A stretch of 62,981 nt of DNA, the filler included, from Octopus bimaculoides (taxonomy: Eukaryota): NCBI RefSeq assembly GCF_001194135.2. It is 6 parts of 5 records of this genome, joined end to end, with 100 filler letters (N's around TTAATTAATTAA, not from the genome) between each part and the next. Parts side by side here need not be neighbours in the genome. Positions count along the whole stretch, not along the records: positions 59,656 to 62,981 come from NC_068982.1; 5 more parts are not named here. The stretch is one strand, 5' to 3'. This document shows, in pieces, positions 62,944 through 62,981 of this stretch (its first letter is position 1; each line of letters starts with the position of its first letter). The notes beneath the pieces were generated by a model. The model worked only from the letters and a program-made list of their open reading frames with translations. It was not told the DNA's origin and did no database searches. Position numbers and translations under genes: made by a program.

Positions 62944-62981
<38 letters not shown>

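Overview
AT-rich, repeat-saturated eukaryotic DNA from a gapped draft assembly, with many N runs and five artificial N44-TTAATTAATTAA-N44 spacers. The SINE families, RTE LINE load and (TA)/(CA)/(TATG) microsatellite density suggest an octopus or other coleoid cephalopod; this is recognition from memory, not a database result. One host coding exon is supported: a 1057-bp internal exon (57449-58505, +) of a cation-type nicotinic acetylcholine receptor alpha subunit, running from just after loop A through the Cys-loop, vicinal Cys, TM1-3 and the intracellular loop. Its flanking exons were not found in the window. The rest is mostly decayed mobile DNA: RTE LINEs of three kinds, R4/Dong-like RLE LINEs, a CR1-like end, a Gypsy gag relic, two candidate solo LTRs, hAT (Buster/Charlie-like), Tigger/pogo, four mariner pieces, a mini-Helitron, several SINE families and a Penelope-like GIY-YIG fragment. 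Best leads: (1) an inverted plus tandem repeat cluster at 54.3-55.3 kb carrying a type I hammerhead ribozyme motif (Penelope pLTR or retrozyme-like); (2) a foldback element with a clean 8-bp TSD that carries (CCCTAA)n telomere-type repeats and sits inside a SINE head; (3) a tandem duplication of the receptor exon's 3' end including its splice donor; (4) a variable-copy 67-bp stem-loop array in the RTE 3' UTR; (5) a ~660-bp tandem repeat of unknown origin. No prokaryote-type systems (CRISPR, operons) are present.
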